Source: Caecitellus pseudoparvulus (taxonomy: Eukaryota > Protista > Bigyra: Bicosoecida). From it: a DNA stretch of 64,000 nucleotides. Location of the stretch: NCBI GenBank assembly GCA_965644315.1, contig CBFFRQ010000076.1, forward strand, positions 62,001-126,000, read 5' to 3'. Made by a program: the position numbers and the translations under genes. This document shows, in pieces, positions 1 through 11,114 of the stretch. Every line of letters starts with the position of its first letter. Positions within the stretch are counted from its first letter, which is position 1. The notes below the pieces were generated by a model that was not told the DNA's origin, did not search any database, and was given only the letters and a program-made list of their open reading frames with translations.

Positions 1-25
1 TGTGGCACTGCTGCGACTGGCTGGG

Positions 26-3000
26 ATGGAAGACAGCAGCAGTGATGACGAATGGGGCTCGGATGAGAGCCCCGTGCCTCCCAAGGCACCCAAACCGCCA
101 CCCCCGCCAGATCGTACACAGCAAACAAGCCAAGCCACAACGAAGCAGCCGGCGCCACCCCCTCCACCTGACCAAGACACGTCCACGTTTGTGCAGGGTC
201 CCGGAGGGCAGGCGCCTCCACCCCCCGCTCCAGTGGACCCAAAAGTTGCCAAATCCCTGGCAGGGTACGCCGCCAAGCCGGGAGCTGGCCGGGGCCGTGG
301 ACGAGGGCGAGGAGCTGCCAAGGGCGGGGTGCCGCCAGCTCCCCGCCAACAGCCCAAACCGCCACAGAGCGCAGACAAGATCGACATTCACCCCAGCACT
401 CTAGATGACGGCTCGCTGACCCAGGTACGGTGTGGCCACGCAGCAGAAGCTTCGCAACGCACCTCACGCTCGTCCTCCCCACTCCCCCCCAGCCCACTGC
501 CAGCCGCCCTGTCGCCCCGCGAAGAGGGCACCGAAGCCCCGAAGCTTCCAAAGCAATGCTTGCGCGTGTGGGCGGCACCCCCTCACCCTCCCTCGGCTCG
601 CCAGACGACACCAGCGACGGCAGCGCCACGCCACCCGCCAAACTGGACCAAACGGCAACCCTGCCAGCCCAGCCCCCTCGTAGCCACAAACCTGTGCGCA
701 TCCTGCCTCCTCCCACTGCACCACCAAGCTCGAGTGTGGCTGAACCTGCCACCGCCAAGGCTCGTGGACCAGTGGCGCCAGTCAGTGCAGGTGGGCCTGG
801 CACCGCCAAGGCTCGTGGACCAGTGGCGCCAGCCAGTGCAGGTGGGCCTGGCAGCGCCAAGGCTCGTGGACCAGTGGCGCCAGTCAGTGCAGGTGGGCCT
901 GGCAGCGCCAAGGCTCGTGGACCAGTGGCGCCAGTCAGTGCAGGTGGGCCAGGCAGCGCCAAGGCTCGTGGACCAGTGGCGCCAGTCAGTGCAGGTGGGC
1001 CAGGCAGCGCCAAGGCTCGTGGACCAGTGGCGCCAGTCAGCCCCAAGCCGAAGCCGGGCCTTGCGGTTCAGGATGCAAGTCCTAGCTCATCTGCACCCCC
1101 TGGCGTTTCAACTAAAGTGCTGCCTCCGAACACGTCTAGCAGTCCGAAGAGTGCTCCAAGCCGCAGCTCCACGCCGCCTGCTGGGCGCCAACCGGATCTT
1201 GCACGGCTGAAACGCATCAAGTCGTCAAGAGCGGCACGTACGTCCCCAAAGCCCACCAAAAGCGTGCCCCGTGTTCCACCGGGAGTGGTTCCAGAAGTTG
1301 ACAGCCCCGGGAAGGTCAAGCCAAGCGCAAAGTCAGGTGCCAAATCTTCGCCAAGTCAGGCGCCGAAAGCTGCGACAGCCACGATCCAGAAAACGGCTGA
1401 CGACGAAGTTGTGACAGGGCTCTTTCGAAGGGTCGTCGATCCGGACAGTGGCAAGGTGCACTTTGTCCCTGTCGATGACTCAAATACGAACGCCACAGCC
1501 GCACATGCGACGGATGAGACTCCGATTCACACGGCAGTTGCCCGCCGAACGTGGAGACCCATGGGCAGCCACCTGTCGTCAAAGCTGCATGGTTCGCCCC
1601 CAACTGCAAGGAAAGGACTGCCTTCTGAGTCTCCAAGCAGCGGCTCCCTTGTGAAACAGAGTGCGACGCCACAGTCCAAGCCCAGCTCAGACTCTGGGCA
1701 AGCACCGCAACCTTCGCACACACCGAAAGACAGTCATGACCAAAGCATGCCGCCGCACTCCTCAGAGCAGCACGATCAATCTCGACCTTCGTCTGTGGCG
1801 GCCGTGCAAGAACACCTTGCTGGCGGGTACGCTGTGGTGCACGTCAAAGACGCACGGGCATTTGTCCCCGTTGTCCCCAAGCGGCGCAAACCTGCTGAGA
1901 AAGATGTTCAACCGAGCACACACGTCGCACCAAGCGAGCTTCCGCTTTCTCTCCCACGAACGCCAAGCTTGGCTTTGCGCCAGTCGGTTTCGTCAGGGGT
2001 GCGATACGACGTCACAGGTGAGCAGGCAGCAGGCGAAGAGCGCACTGCCTCGCCTCTCCCTGCGGCGATTTTGCAGTACTCACAGCTAACAACAGCAAGA
2101 TCGGCACAGAAACCAACTCAAGGAGGAGTGCGCTGGCATGCGTCGGTGCATTCTCCTGCTTCAACGTCAAGTGACAGCGATGAGAGCCCCGTCCGAGCAA
2201 CGCCAACCCTTCGAAGGAGGCCAGCAACGCCGTTCGCGCGAGCTCCACTCACCCCCCGCACCCCCTTGAACACGGAAGATGCCCTTGCATTCTTGCAACC
2301 CTTGACAGCCGAGCTGGACCAGTCGCTGTCGGCAGTGGATGCGTTGCTCGCGCAAGTGCAGGCATGCAAGCCGTCCACGCCAGCAAAGCCGCCAAGCCCC
2401 AGCACGAACCTCACACAAAAGGGGGATTCGGACAAAGCTGCAGCTGGTCAGCATGAAAGCAAAGCTGCAGAGGTTGAGGAACTGGTCCGAACAGAAGAGA
2501 GGATGGATGCCCCTGACGCGGATCGGGACCACGCCAGCCAAGCCCAGGTGCTCCATGCCAGCACGGGTGCTCCAAAGCCCACCATTGAATCGGCACTTTG
2601 GAAATCTGTCGCTTCATGGGGCACATTGAGCCCAGGGTCTCGCGATGCGCGGGTGAGGGAAGCTGCGACCCCAAGTGTCCCCTCTGGCCCGCTGCGGGTC
2701 GCCCAGCTGACGACGATGGAGAGGAACAAAGACCGCGCAAGCCAACGCTCAGAAGCTCACACGCATCCACTAGCACTGCCTGTGCACGCTGCGCCCAGCG
2801 TCCGGATTTCCAGCTCGGGAAGCGAGAGCAGCGACGAAGCTGTGGCTATTCAGCGCGCCGCGGGGCACATCACCAAGGCGATCGCCCCCAGCCTCGCTTG
2901 CGCATTCCAAGGCTCGCGTGCACTCATCCTCGCAGTCACCACCGCACCCAAGCCCCTCCCCGAGGGGGCCATATCACTCTCACCCCACCAATCGGCACCT

Positions 3001-3534
3001 GGTCCCGCAGCTGCTGCAGCTGCACTTGCCGGCGCCTCCCACCCGCTCACGCCCTTCATGACTCAGAAACAAGTGTTCCTGCAACTCATGCCACCGAGCA
3101 CAGGGCCAGGTGGGGGGCTGCTGCCCTATCGCATTGAGTGGAGATGGGACCCAGCAGGGGACACGGGCCCTGGCAGCCTCGGCAGGCTTCCGCCCAGGAC
3201 AGGCTGGGCGTCGTGGGATAGCTTGAAGCACAGCGGCCTAGGCAGTGCCCCGCCACCCACAAGTACCCACGCAGTGACGGTGGGAAGTGCAACAGCAGCG
3301 AAAGAAGGCGAAGCTGCTCTGCTGCGCTCCGCCTTCCCACACCTACTCCACATCGTCTTCCGCCGACCCAAGGCATCCACAGCAGCCAGAGCGCCGCCTG
3401 GCAGTGCGGACTCCCTGGCACACCCTGCCGATGTGAGTCTCACCCTGGGCGTGGAGCAGCCGAGCCTTGCACAGGCATGGGTGGCTGCAGTGCAAGTTGT
3501 GGCTGGCATCGCCTTCAGCGCAGGGCGGGTGTAG
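26..3534 (+). CDS. Pro/Ser-rich low-complexity protein (~1146 aa) with internal 17-aa repeats and a C-terminal PH-like domain; join(26..424,493..3534)
   Basis: ATG at 26 (MEDSSSDDEW). A phase-0 intron 425..492 (GTACGG...CCCAG) joins ORF 2..1210 to ORF 430..3534. The C-terminus KQVFLQL...YRIEWRW...LLHIVFRR...SLTLGVEQPSLAQAWVAAVQ has the strand pattern and terminal Trp-helix typical of PH domains (inference). The 5' end could extend beyond the window. Confidence 0.75.
754..1041 (+). repeat. 51-bp coding tandem repeat (~5.6 copies) encoding AKARGPVAPVSAGGPG(S/T)
   Basis: Near-identical units gccaaggctcgtggaccagtggcgccagtcagtgcaggtgggcc(t/a)ggca(g/c)c are visible directly. Confidence 0.95.
3324..3534 (+). 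repeat. Direct repeat copy 1 (last ~70 codons of gene 1), duplicated at ~8768-8979
   Basis: Manual alignment gives about 16 substitutions over ~207 nt relative to copy 2. Confidence 0.95.
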
Positions 3535-5038
3535 GCCGTGGAGTCTGGCTTGATGAGATGGAAGGTGGAGGCCTGATAAGATCTCTGGAGACCATTTGCT
3601 GAAAGTTTTCCTGGGGATACCAGCCGTAGTTGGACGTCACGCGAGAAGCTGTGCTGGGGCGCATCCCGTGAACTTGCAAGAGACGCAGTTGACCGACATC
3701 TAGCTTCGTGCAGCTTGGGACGAATAGATGAAGGGTCCATTCGTTTTGAAAGAATGTCAGCATAAAGTTGACGTTGGGCTGAGTCCAACCTCGTCAAGCG
3801 GAAATGTAGGGTATGCATGGCAGATTGAAGTACCAGCCTCTGGTGGGTGTTGCTGTGCGAAAGGGAATCTAACGCTGAAAGCTCATTTGTGGCTATCCCC
3901 CCTCTGGTTGGGATCACGCGCGCTATGAGGCTGCTCGATGTGTTGAAGTGGTCCTTGTACCGATACTTGTCGCTTGCGACGAAGGAAAGCCAGGCCAGCT
4001 CATGCACAGCATGCAATAGCTTGCCAGCCCCCCTCAGAGCCTACAGAGGAGACATAACATTCATCCAAACCCAGCATGCTGCGATGAGTCGATCTTTGAG
4101 ATGAGCGGCTAACCTCGCACTTGCCATTGTGGCGCGCCTCTCACTATAAACCTGCAACAACCTCCATTCGAGTCCACCACTCTCATCGAGGCCGAAGCTC
4201 CCACATGAAAGATAGCGCACATGTGCTGCTCATGAGAACTAAGACCTCTTGTGGGTAGAACAAGGCATGGTGAGTGCTGTCCGCTCCAGGTGGTCGAGTG
4301 AGGAGCGACTGGCATCTCTTCCGTAGAGGTTGGCCCTGTGCAAGTTGTGCTCACACCGCCAAGTTTACGAGCCTTTCAGCATGTGCGAGAGAGAGAGAGT
4401 CTGCTGAGCCGCTACCTGTGATTGAGAGAAGCTCTCCACAGTACTTGCCTGGCCAAGCGACGCGGCTGGCAGAGGGGAAGAAGGCAAACCCCGGATTCTC
4501 AACACAGAGACAGACACAAGGCTGTCACTCTGCATGCAAAGCTGGTACAACACCAAGCACCGCTGCCTGCAGGGCAGCGGCAGGCCTTCACGAGCTGGGG
4601 GGTGTTGCGGCTAAACACTGAGCAACATCTCGGGGTTGTGGATACAGAGTTCAGATCCACCGGCCAGGTGGGGCGAGTCGGCAGCTTGAGTCAAACATTG
4701 GATAGGTGAAACCCTCACAACCATGTGCTAAGTCAGGGACCGAGAAACTACTCAGGAAATCTCATGAAGGATTAATGGACACGCTTCTGAACAATCCGCA
4801 ACTTGAGTGCTTTGTACATGGGCAAAGAGAATCCAGACCCATCTCAACTTTACTCACTTCCGCATCTTTCCTTCTTAAGAAGGGAAAATAACATGGAGTA
4901 CAAATAAACCTCTTTTCGAGAACAAAACAAACCACGATGAACGCCGCACGAACCCCCGAACGTCCTCTATCTCCAACTCACCACACAAAATCATCATGGA
5001 ACTCGAAAAGCGGCATTACAAAGTGTGTTTGTACATTC

Positions 5039-8000
5039 TTATTTTGCCGTAGCCCTCGTCGGCAAAAGCGGAACGCGAACCAACATGACATGGCAGTCAC
5101 GGTTCGGGAAGTGGTGCTCAAGATACTCTTGCAGCTTTCTTTTGCAGTGATTCGCCACTGTGAGAGAAAGCAGGCCTCCTGACACCAGCATTGTTTGAGT
5201 GTTTTCCGTGTAGTAGTTCCAGCGGACGAGATTTGCGAGGTCCACCCCTTTTGGAGGCTTTTCCCCTGTGAAAAATGCTTGAACGTTCCCCCTCGCCCTC
5301 ACCCTCTCAGCCCGTCTACATGCCCTTTCTGACCTTGCGCATGCTATCTTCGAAAGGGCTCTCGCCACCACAGCATCTGCCCTTGCCGCCGCAGCATCTG
5401 CCCTCACCGCTGCTGCACCCGCCCTCGCCGTCGCTGCAGCTGCAGCTGCAGCCGCCTCTTCATGTGCAGCTTGCGCCTCTGCATCTGCCGCAGCCGCCTT
5501 CTCCACCACCTGCGCAATCTGCCCCCCCCGCGCTGCTGCATCGGCCGCTTGCGCCATTTGCGCCGCTGCATCCGCCACCCTCGCCGCTTCACGTACCCTC
5601 GCCGTCGCTGCAGTCGCCGCTGCATCTGCCTCCCTTTGTGCAGCTTGCGCCTCTGCATCTGCCGCAGCCGCCATGTGCACCACATGCGCGATCTGCGCCT
5701 CACGCGATGCTGCATCGGCCGCTTGCGCCATTTGCGCCGCTTGCATCACTTGCGCCGCTGCATCCGCCACCCTCGCCGCTGCACGTACCCTCGCCGCCGC
5801 TGCCATCGCATCCCCTTGTGCAGCTTGCGCCGCTGCAGCCGCCTCCCTTTGTGCAGCTTGCGCCGCTGCATCTGCCGCAGCCGCCATGTGCACCACATGC
5901 GCGATCTGCGCCTCACGCGATGCTGCATCGGCCGCTTGCGGCACCTGCAACTCTTGCATCACTTGCGCCACTGCATCCGCCACCCTCCTCGCTGCATCTG
6001 CCCTCGCCGTCGCTGCAGCTGCAGCTGCATCCGCCTCCTCACGTGCAGCTTGCGCCGCTGCATCCGCCACCCTCGCCGCTTCATCTGCCCTCGCCACAGC
6101 TGCAGCCGCTGCTGCACCTGCCTCCCTTTGCACAGCTTGCTCCGCTGCATCTGCCCTTGCCTTCGCTGCAGCTTCAGCGGCTGCGGCCGCCCTGTTTGTA
6201 GCCTGAGCAGCTTGCGCTGTTACATGTGCCACCCGCGCTGCTGCATCCGCCCTCGCTGCCGCAGAATCTGCCACCGGCGCAGCAGCATCCGCCATCGCTG
6301 CAGCCGCTTGTGCTGCTTGTGCCGCTTGTGCTGCTAGTGCCGCTTGCGGGCCCGCAGGCGAATGCAACTCCACCACTTCTTTTTTCGCCGACCTCACCAC
6401 CTCGTCATCATACAGTGCCGTTGTCGCCGCTGCAGCCGCCTCCTGTCGTGCAGCTTGCGCCACTGCACCCGCCGCATCCACCGTACGCACCACCTGTGCC
6501 TTCTGCTCCTCACGCGCTGCTGCATCGGCCGCTTGCGGCGCCTGCAACTCTCGCATCACTTGCGCCACTGCATCCGCCACCCTCCTCGCTGCATCTGCCC
6601 TCGCCGTAGCTACATCCGCCACCCTCCTCGCTGCATCTGCCCTCGCCGCCGCTGCATCCGCCACCCTCCTCGCTGCATCTGCCCTCTCCGCCGCTGCATC
6701 AGCCGCTGCATCCGCCTCTCCTCGTGCAGCTTGCGCCGCCGCATCAGCCACCCTTGCCGCTTCACCTGCCCTCTCTGCCGCTGCATCCGCCTCCTGTCGT
6801 GCAGCTTGCGCCGCCGCACTCGCCGCATCCGCCGCCCCCATCACCTGCGCCATCTGCGCCTTACGCGCATCTGCATCGGCCGCTTGCGGCACCTTCACCT
6901 CTTGTATCACTTGCGCCACTGCATCCGCCACCCTCCTCGCTGCAGCCGCCGCTGCATCCGCCCCCCCTCGTGCAGCTTGCACCGCCAACACTGCTGCCGC
7001 TGCTCCGATCACCACCTCTTTCCTTTCTGCATAACTTGCCTGCGCGTTCTTATTCGCAGTTGCCATCTCCACGGCTCTCTCTTTCGCTGCCTTGGCACCA
7101 CTCTCAGCTTGGTTTGCCGCACTTTGAAATGCCGCCGATACAACTGCTGCCTTTGCTGCCGCCGACATTGAAACTGCCCCTACCTCTCCGAGGGTGTCTC
7201 TAACCGCAGCGATCGCGAACCCTGGTGCTTGTCCCGGTGTCACTGCTTCGTTTGCTGCCGCCAATGCATCCCCCTGCACCTGAGAAAGCACACATTCCGT
7301 CGCAGTAGCTGCCTCCTTTTTCGCCGCTTCATGTGCCGCCTTAGCCGCCTTAGCTTTCGCCCTCGCGGCCGATGCCGCCTGTTGCGCCTCATCCGCCGCA
7401 TCCTTTGCCTGCTGCACCGCTGGCGTGAGACCCTCCAACATAGTGCTCATTGCCGAATCCGCCATTGCCGCTGACTCCACCCGCTTCCCCAATACCGCAA
7501 GCACCGCAGCCTGCAGCAAAGCTGGATGAAAGTCCGTCGGCTTCTGTGGCGCCGCCGCCGCAGCCGACAACGCTGCCGAAACCGCCGCCGAAACCGCTGA
7601 TTCAGGCCCAAGATCCGCCGCCACTGACGCTGCCACAGCAGCCGCCGCGGCGGCTGCCGCCGCCACTGACGCTGGTACTGCCGCCGCTTTCGGTCGAAGC
7701 GCCGCCGCCACTGACGCCGCTGTGGCTGCAGCGTTCGCTGCCGCCTTCTCTCCAAGAGCTGCCACTGACACCGCAGCTGCAACTGCTGAGGCCTTTGCCG
7801 CCACTGCCTCTGCTTCCGGGGCGAGGGCATTCACCGTTGCCGTCGCTGCCGCTTCTGCCGCCTCTGCTGCTGCCTTGGGTCTTCGGGAAGCCGCCAGAGC
7901 AGCCGCGACTGCCGCTGCCTCTGCCGCAGATTTTGCCGACGCCGCAGCCTGTGACGCCGCTTTGGCCCCCCCAATCAGAACCGCCCCATCGACTCCCCCC

Positions 8001-8387
8001 ACCAATTCTGCTTCCATTTCATCTGCAGCAGCCTTATCTGCCTCTGCTGCCGCTGACGTCGCTGCTACTGCTGCTTCCGCCTCTGCCTCCGCCTCCGCCA
8101 CAGCCGTACGAGAAGCCACGATCCAGGCCCCCTTTCGAAGCTTTTCGTACACCACTCTCGTATCGTCTCCACCTTGCTGGCCTCCCTTCTTCGTTGTGTA
8201 CTCAAGGGCAAACACACCTGTGTCCATGTACGGTCTCAGGTCTGAAAACTCGCCTGAGTTCATGGCACCTCCTTCCGGCATCCAAGTGCACTTCAAAAAG
8301 AAAAAATGGTACAAGTTCAAGCTGGGACATTGTTGAGCAGCAAGGGGGAGCCGTACGTACACGCAAAAGCGCCTCTCTGTAGGCCAT
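5039..8387 (-). CDS. Ala-rich long coiled-coil repeat protein (~1092 aa) with short globular-looking N- and C-termini; complement(join(5039..8290,8361..8387))
   Basis: ATG at 8387 (MAYREALLR). A 70-nt phase-0 intron 8291..8360 (GTACGT...TTTTTGAAG) joins in frame to CTWMPEGG... of the 1120-aa ORF. The central ~900 aa are dominated by Ala with A/D/R/Q/E helical repeats. Confidence 0.7.
5390..6970 (-). repeat. Hierarchical coding repeats: 42-bp (14-aa ADAARRVADAAAAR) units inside about five ~60-70-aa higher-order units
   Basis: gcatccgccaccctcctcgctgcatctgccctc recurs. The unit ...RVADAVAQVMxELQxPQAADAAxRExQxAxVV...AQAAxxEA occurs about 5 times with variation. Confidence 0.85.
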
Positions 8388-8767
8388 TGTTGTCTGCGCA
8401 AACATCAGTGAGTGCAAGCGTTTCAGAATCGTACTCTCACATCGACACGCGCACGAGCACACACCAGGTCAAAAACGTGCTAATCAAAGCAGAATTCAAG
8501 AGGAATGAGGGGGGTTGGTCAGCAAGGGTGATTGTGCAACGTGTTGGTTGAAGTTGAGGTGAGATGTGTCCAGAAGTTGCAACTGTTTCAACCTCTCAGG
8601 TTGCCTCGGTGGTGTAGCACCCCCCCTTGACAAGGTTTACCAAAGGGGAGGGAACACCAATCCCATCGTCGCTCGCCGCACCCTGAACTCCATTGCAGCC
8701 ACCACCCAAGCCAAGAAGCAAGTGGCGCTCCAATGCCCCAGCCCCCACAGCAACCTGCTCCACTGTT

Positions 8768-8979
8768 GCGCTCCACCTTCCCACACCTGCTCCACATCGT
8801 CTTCCGCCGACCCAAAGCTTCCACCGCAGCCAAGGCGCCGCCTGGCAGTGCGGATTCCCTGGCACACCCTGCCGATGTGAGCCTCACTCTGGGCGTGGAG
8901 CAGCCGAGCCTTGCACAGGCGTGGGTGGCTGCAGTGCAAGTTGTGGCTGGCATCGCCTCCAGTGCCGGGCACGTGATAG
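8768..8979 (+). pseudogene. Direct repeat copy 2: orphan 3' fragment of gene 1 (end of the PH-like domain)
   Basis: Encodes RSTFPHLLHIVFRR...AQAWVAAVQVVAGIASSAGHV. The GTG-TAG end of copy 1 reads GTG-A-TAG here, so the stop is out of frame. No matching upstream gene body. Confidence 0.8.
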
Positions 8980-9318
8980 AGAGGGTGTTCGCGCTGGCGC
9001 GTGTTTGCGGCACATCTTCGCTGAACGGGAAGACACATGCGCGTGAGCCAACCGCCCCCCGCGCGAGCCCGCAGTCAGTCAGACAAACCCCTCAAAATCA
9101 AATTTCTCACTTTACCTCAAACCCCTTGCTTCCGACTCGCTGCATGCTCTGCACAGGCGTGTGCGCTGCTTGGTCTGTGCCGGCCCAAGTGCAGTGCACT
9201 TGGAGCACACACCGCAACTCAGCTCTTGCTGTTTGCAGGAGCCGCCCCGCAAGGCCTTGCAGCGCTTGACACTTTACCTAGCCATTCCACTGCCCATCCC
9301 CTCTCTCCCACGGCACCC

Positions 9319-10853
9319 ATGGAAGGCTCGTCTTCCTTGAACATCGCCACTGGCTCGGCAACTGCTCCGTTGCTGGTAGATGCAACTGGCGTGGAGCACC
9401 ACCAAGGGCCTCGCACCAGTCGGGCAGCATCAGACTTGGACACTTTGCTTGCCACTGGGACCACTGAGGAGATCACTCCCCCTGCAGACATCAAGCAGGG
9501 CTCCGTGGTGTCCAGCATTGCGAACTTGGCAGGGTGCGTGTGCTCAGAACGTCGCCGCGGCCGCCAGCGAATCCGCGGTCGCCTTGCGCTCTGCACGCCC
9601 TCGAAACTGCCCTGCACAGGACGATTTTGGGCAGTGGCACGTTTGCCATGGCTTCTGCTGCGGCTGACTCTGGCCTGGTGGTGTACGGCATCCTGCTGCT
9701 GTGCGTGGGGTTCATGGCAGAGCAGAGCATCTCCATGCTCATGCTATCCATGGAACACGCCAAGGTGAACACGTTCCCAGGTCTGGGGCGGGCGGCGTAC
9801 GGCGCAGTGGGGGAGAAGTCTGCCATCATCTCCGTCATCATCCAGCAGTTGGGCGCCACCATCGCGTTCATGCAGATCATCGGGACGGTCGTGACTCCGC
9901 TGGTGTCCAAGATCAACCACGGGCACGGCCTGCTGGCTCAGAAGGCGTTCTGGCAGGCCCTGCTCGCGACACTGGTCATCTTCCCCCTCTGCATGCTGCC
10001 CCGCATTACCAGCCTGCGGTATTCCTCCGTCGCGAGTGTCTGCCTAACTCTGTCCTTCGTCGGAGTCATCGTCATTGACGGCTGTGCCCAGCTGGCCAAG
10101 CACTGGTCCGCGGCAGAGAGCACAGACGTGTATCAGCACGGCGTGGACTGGTCTGCCGTGCCTGCTGGGCCGTCCAGCTTTGTGCATGTGCTGCTGGCCA
10201 TCCCTGTGCTGGCGTTTGCGCAGGTGTGCCAGATGAACGTGTTCCCGGTGGTGTCTGAGCTGAAAGAGCCAACGCCAGCACGGCTGTCCGCGGTGTCCAA
10301 GGGCAGCATCATCATGACCGCCGTGGTGTACGCCCTGTCGGGCTACTTTGGGTTCTTCATCTTCGGCACCCGTGTGGATGCGGACGTGCTGCAGTCGTAT
10401 GAGGATATGCAGGCGTCTGCGGATTCGCACCAGCAGTCAGTCGTGGTGCCGGCCATCGTCGTGAAGGTGCTGCAGTTCGGCATCGGCATGGCCCTCACCA
10501 TGTCCTTCCCCGTCGTGGCGTACGAGTTGCGGCACAGCATCGAGTTTGTCCTGGTGAAGCATGCCCCCTTCAACTGGCTGCGGCACACCCTCATCAACAT
10601 CTTCATCGTCGCCGTGTCCACCATCGTCGCCATCCTGGTGCCGGAGATCAGCGTCGTGTTCGGTTTCGCAGGGGCCACCACCTCCTGCCTCATCGTCTTC
10701 ATCCTGCCTGCCTTCTTCTACCTCCGCGTGGCGCCGGGCCCGATTCAAGACCACTGGCGCTCGAAGGTCGCAGTGGTCATTCTGGCCGTGGGCATCTTGC
10801 TCGTGCCGGCGTGCCTGGCAGCCCAGGGCCTCAAGCAAGCCCACAAGGACTAG
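9319..10853 (+). CDS. Amino acid transporter, Aa_trans/SLC38-like (~482 aa); join(9319..9533,9620..10853)
   Basis: Splicing the intron 9534..9619 restores SIANLAG-TILGSG (TM1 motif). Also LCMLPRITSLRYSS, AIPVLAFAQVCQMNVFP, GYFGFFIFG, FGFAGATTS and FILPAFFY, with about 11 hydrophobic segments. Confidence 0.92.
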
Positions 10854-11114
10854 GATCCTGCGTGGGAGCCGCTCCTGCAGCCGCACTCGACGCTGCATCC
10901 GTGGCACGTGCACAGTGCTGCCTCGCGCTCCCTGCCAGCGCCGGGGGAGGCCTGCAAATGCACGTTCCCACAAAACCCAATCCCACCACAGCTCACCCGC
11001 CACGCGCTGCACGCCTGGCTCTCCTTGCTGTGGCTGATTCCCACAGTGCGCCTGCTCCTTGGCAGTCGGAGCCGAGCGCCAGGGTGCTGCGGCAAGCCAC
11101 TGGCAGACCTCCCC

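Larger units (their letters stand above)
3535..8767. mobile_element. Putative inserted segment (~5.2 kb) between the direct repeats; lower-GC flanks; carries the Ala-rich gene; no recognisable recombinase
   Basis: Bounded by the ~210-bp direct repeats. 3535-5280 and ~8150-8700 are visibly less GC-rich than neighbouring genes. Mobility is inferred, not shown. Confidence 0.35.

Noticed and set aside
754-1041. Regular repeats that could suggest a CRISPR array
   Set aside because: No unique spacers; the units are contiguous, in-frame coding repeats in a eukaryotic gene, and there are no cas genes.
5390-8100. Type I antifreeze protein interpretation of the Ala-rich protein
   Set aside because: It lacks regular 11-residue Thr periodicity; the repeats are 14-aa, heptad-like and charged.
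5275-8382. Long plus-strand Pro/Leu/His-rich and Cys/Arg-rich ORFs over the Ala-rich gene
   Set aside because: Shadow frames of the GCN-rich repeats on the opposite strand; the lack of stops follows from composition.
3535-8767. Known transposon, LTR element or endogenous virophage
   Set aside because: No terminal inverted repeats, LTRs, RT, integrase, transposase or capsid motifs recognised; the flanking repeats are host coding sequence, not LTRs.
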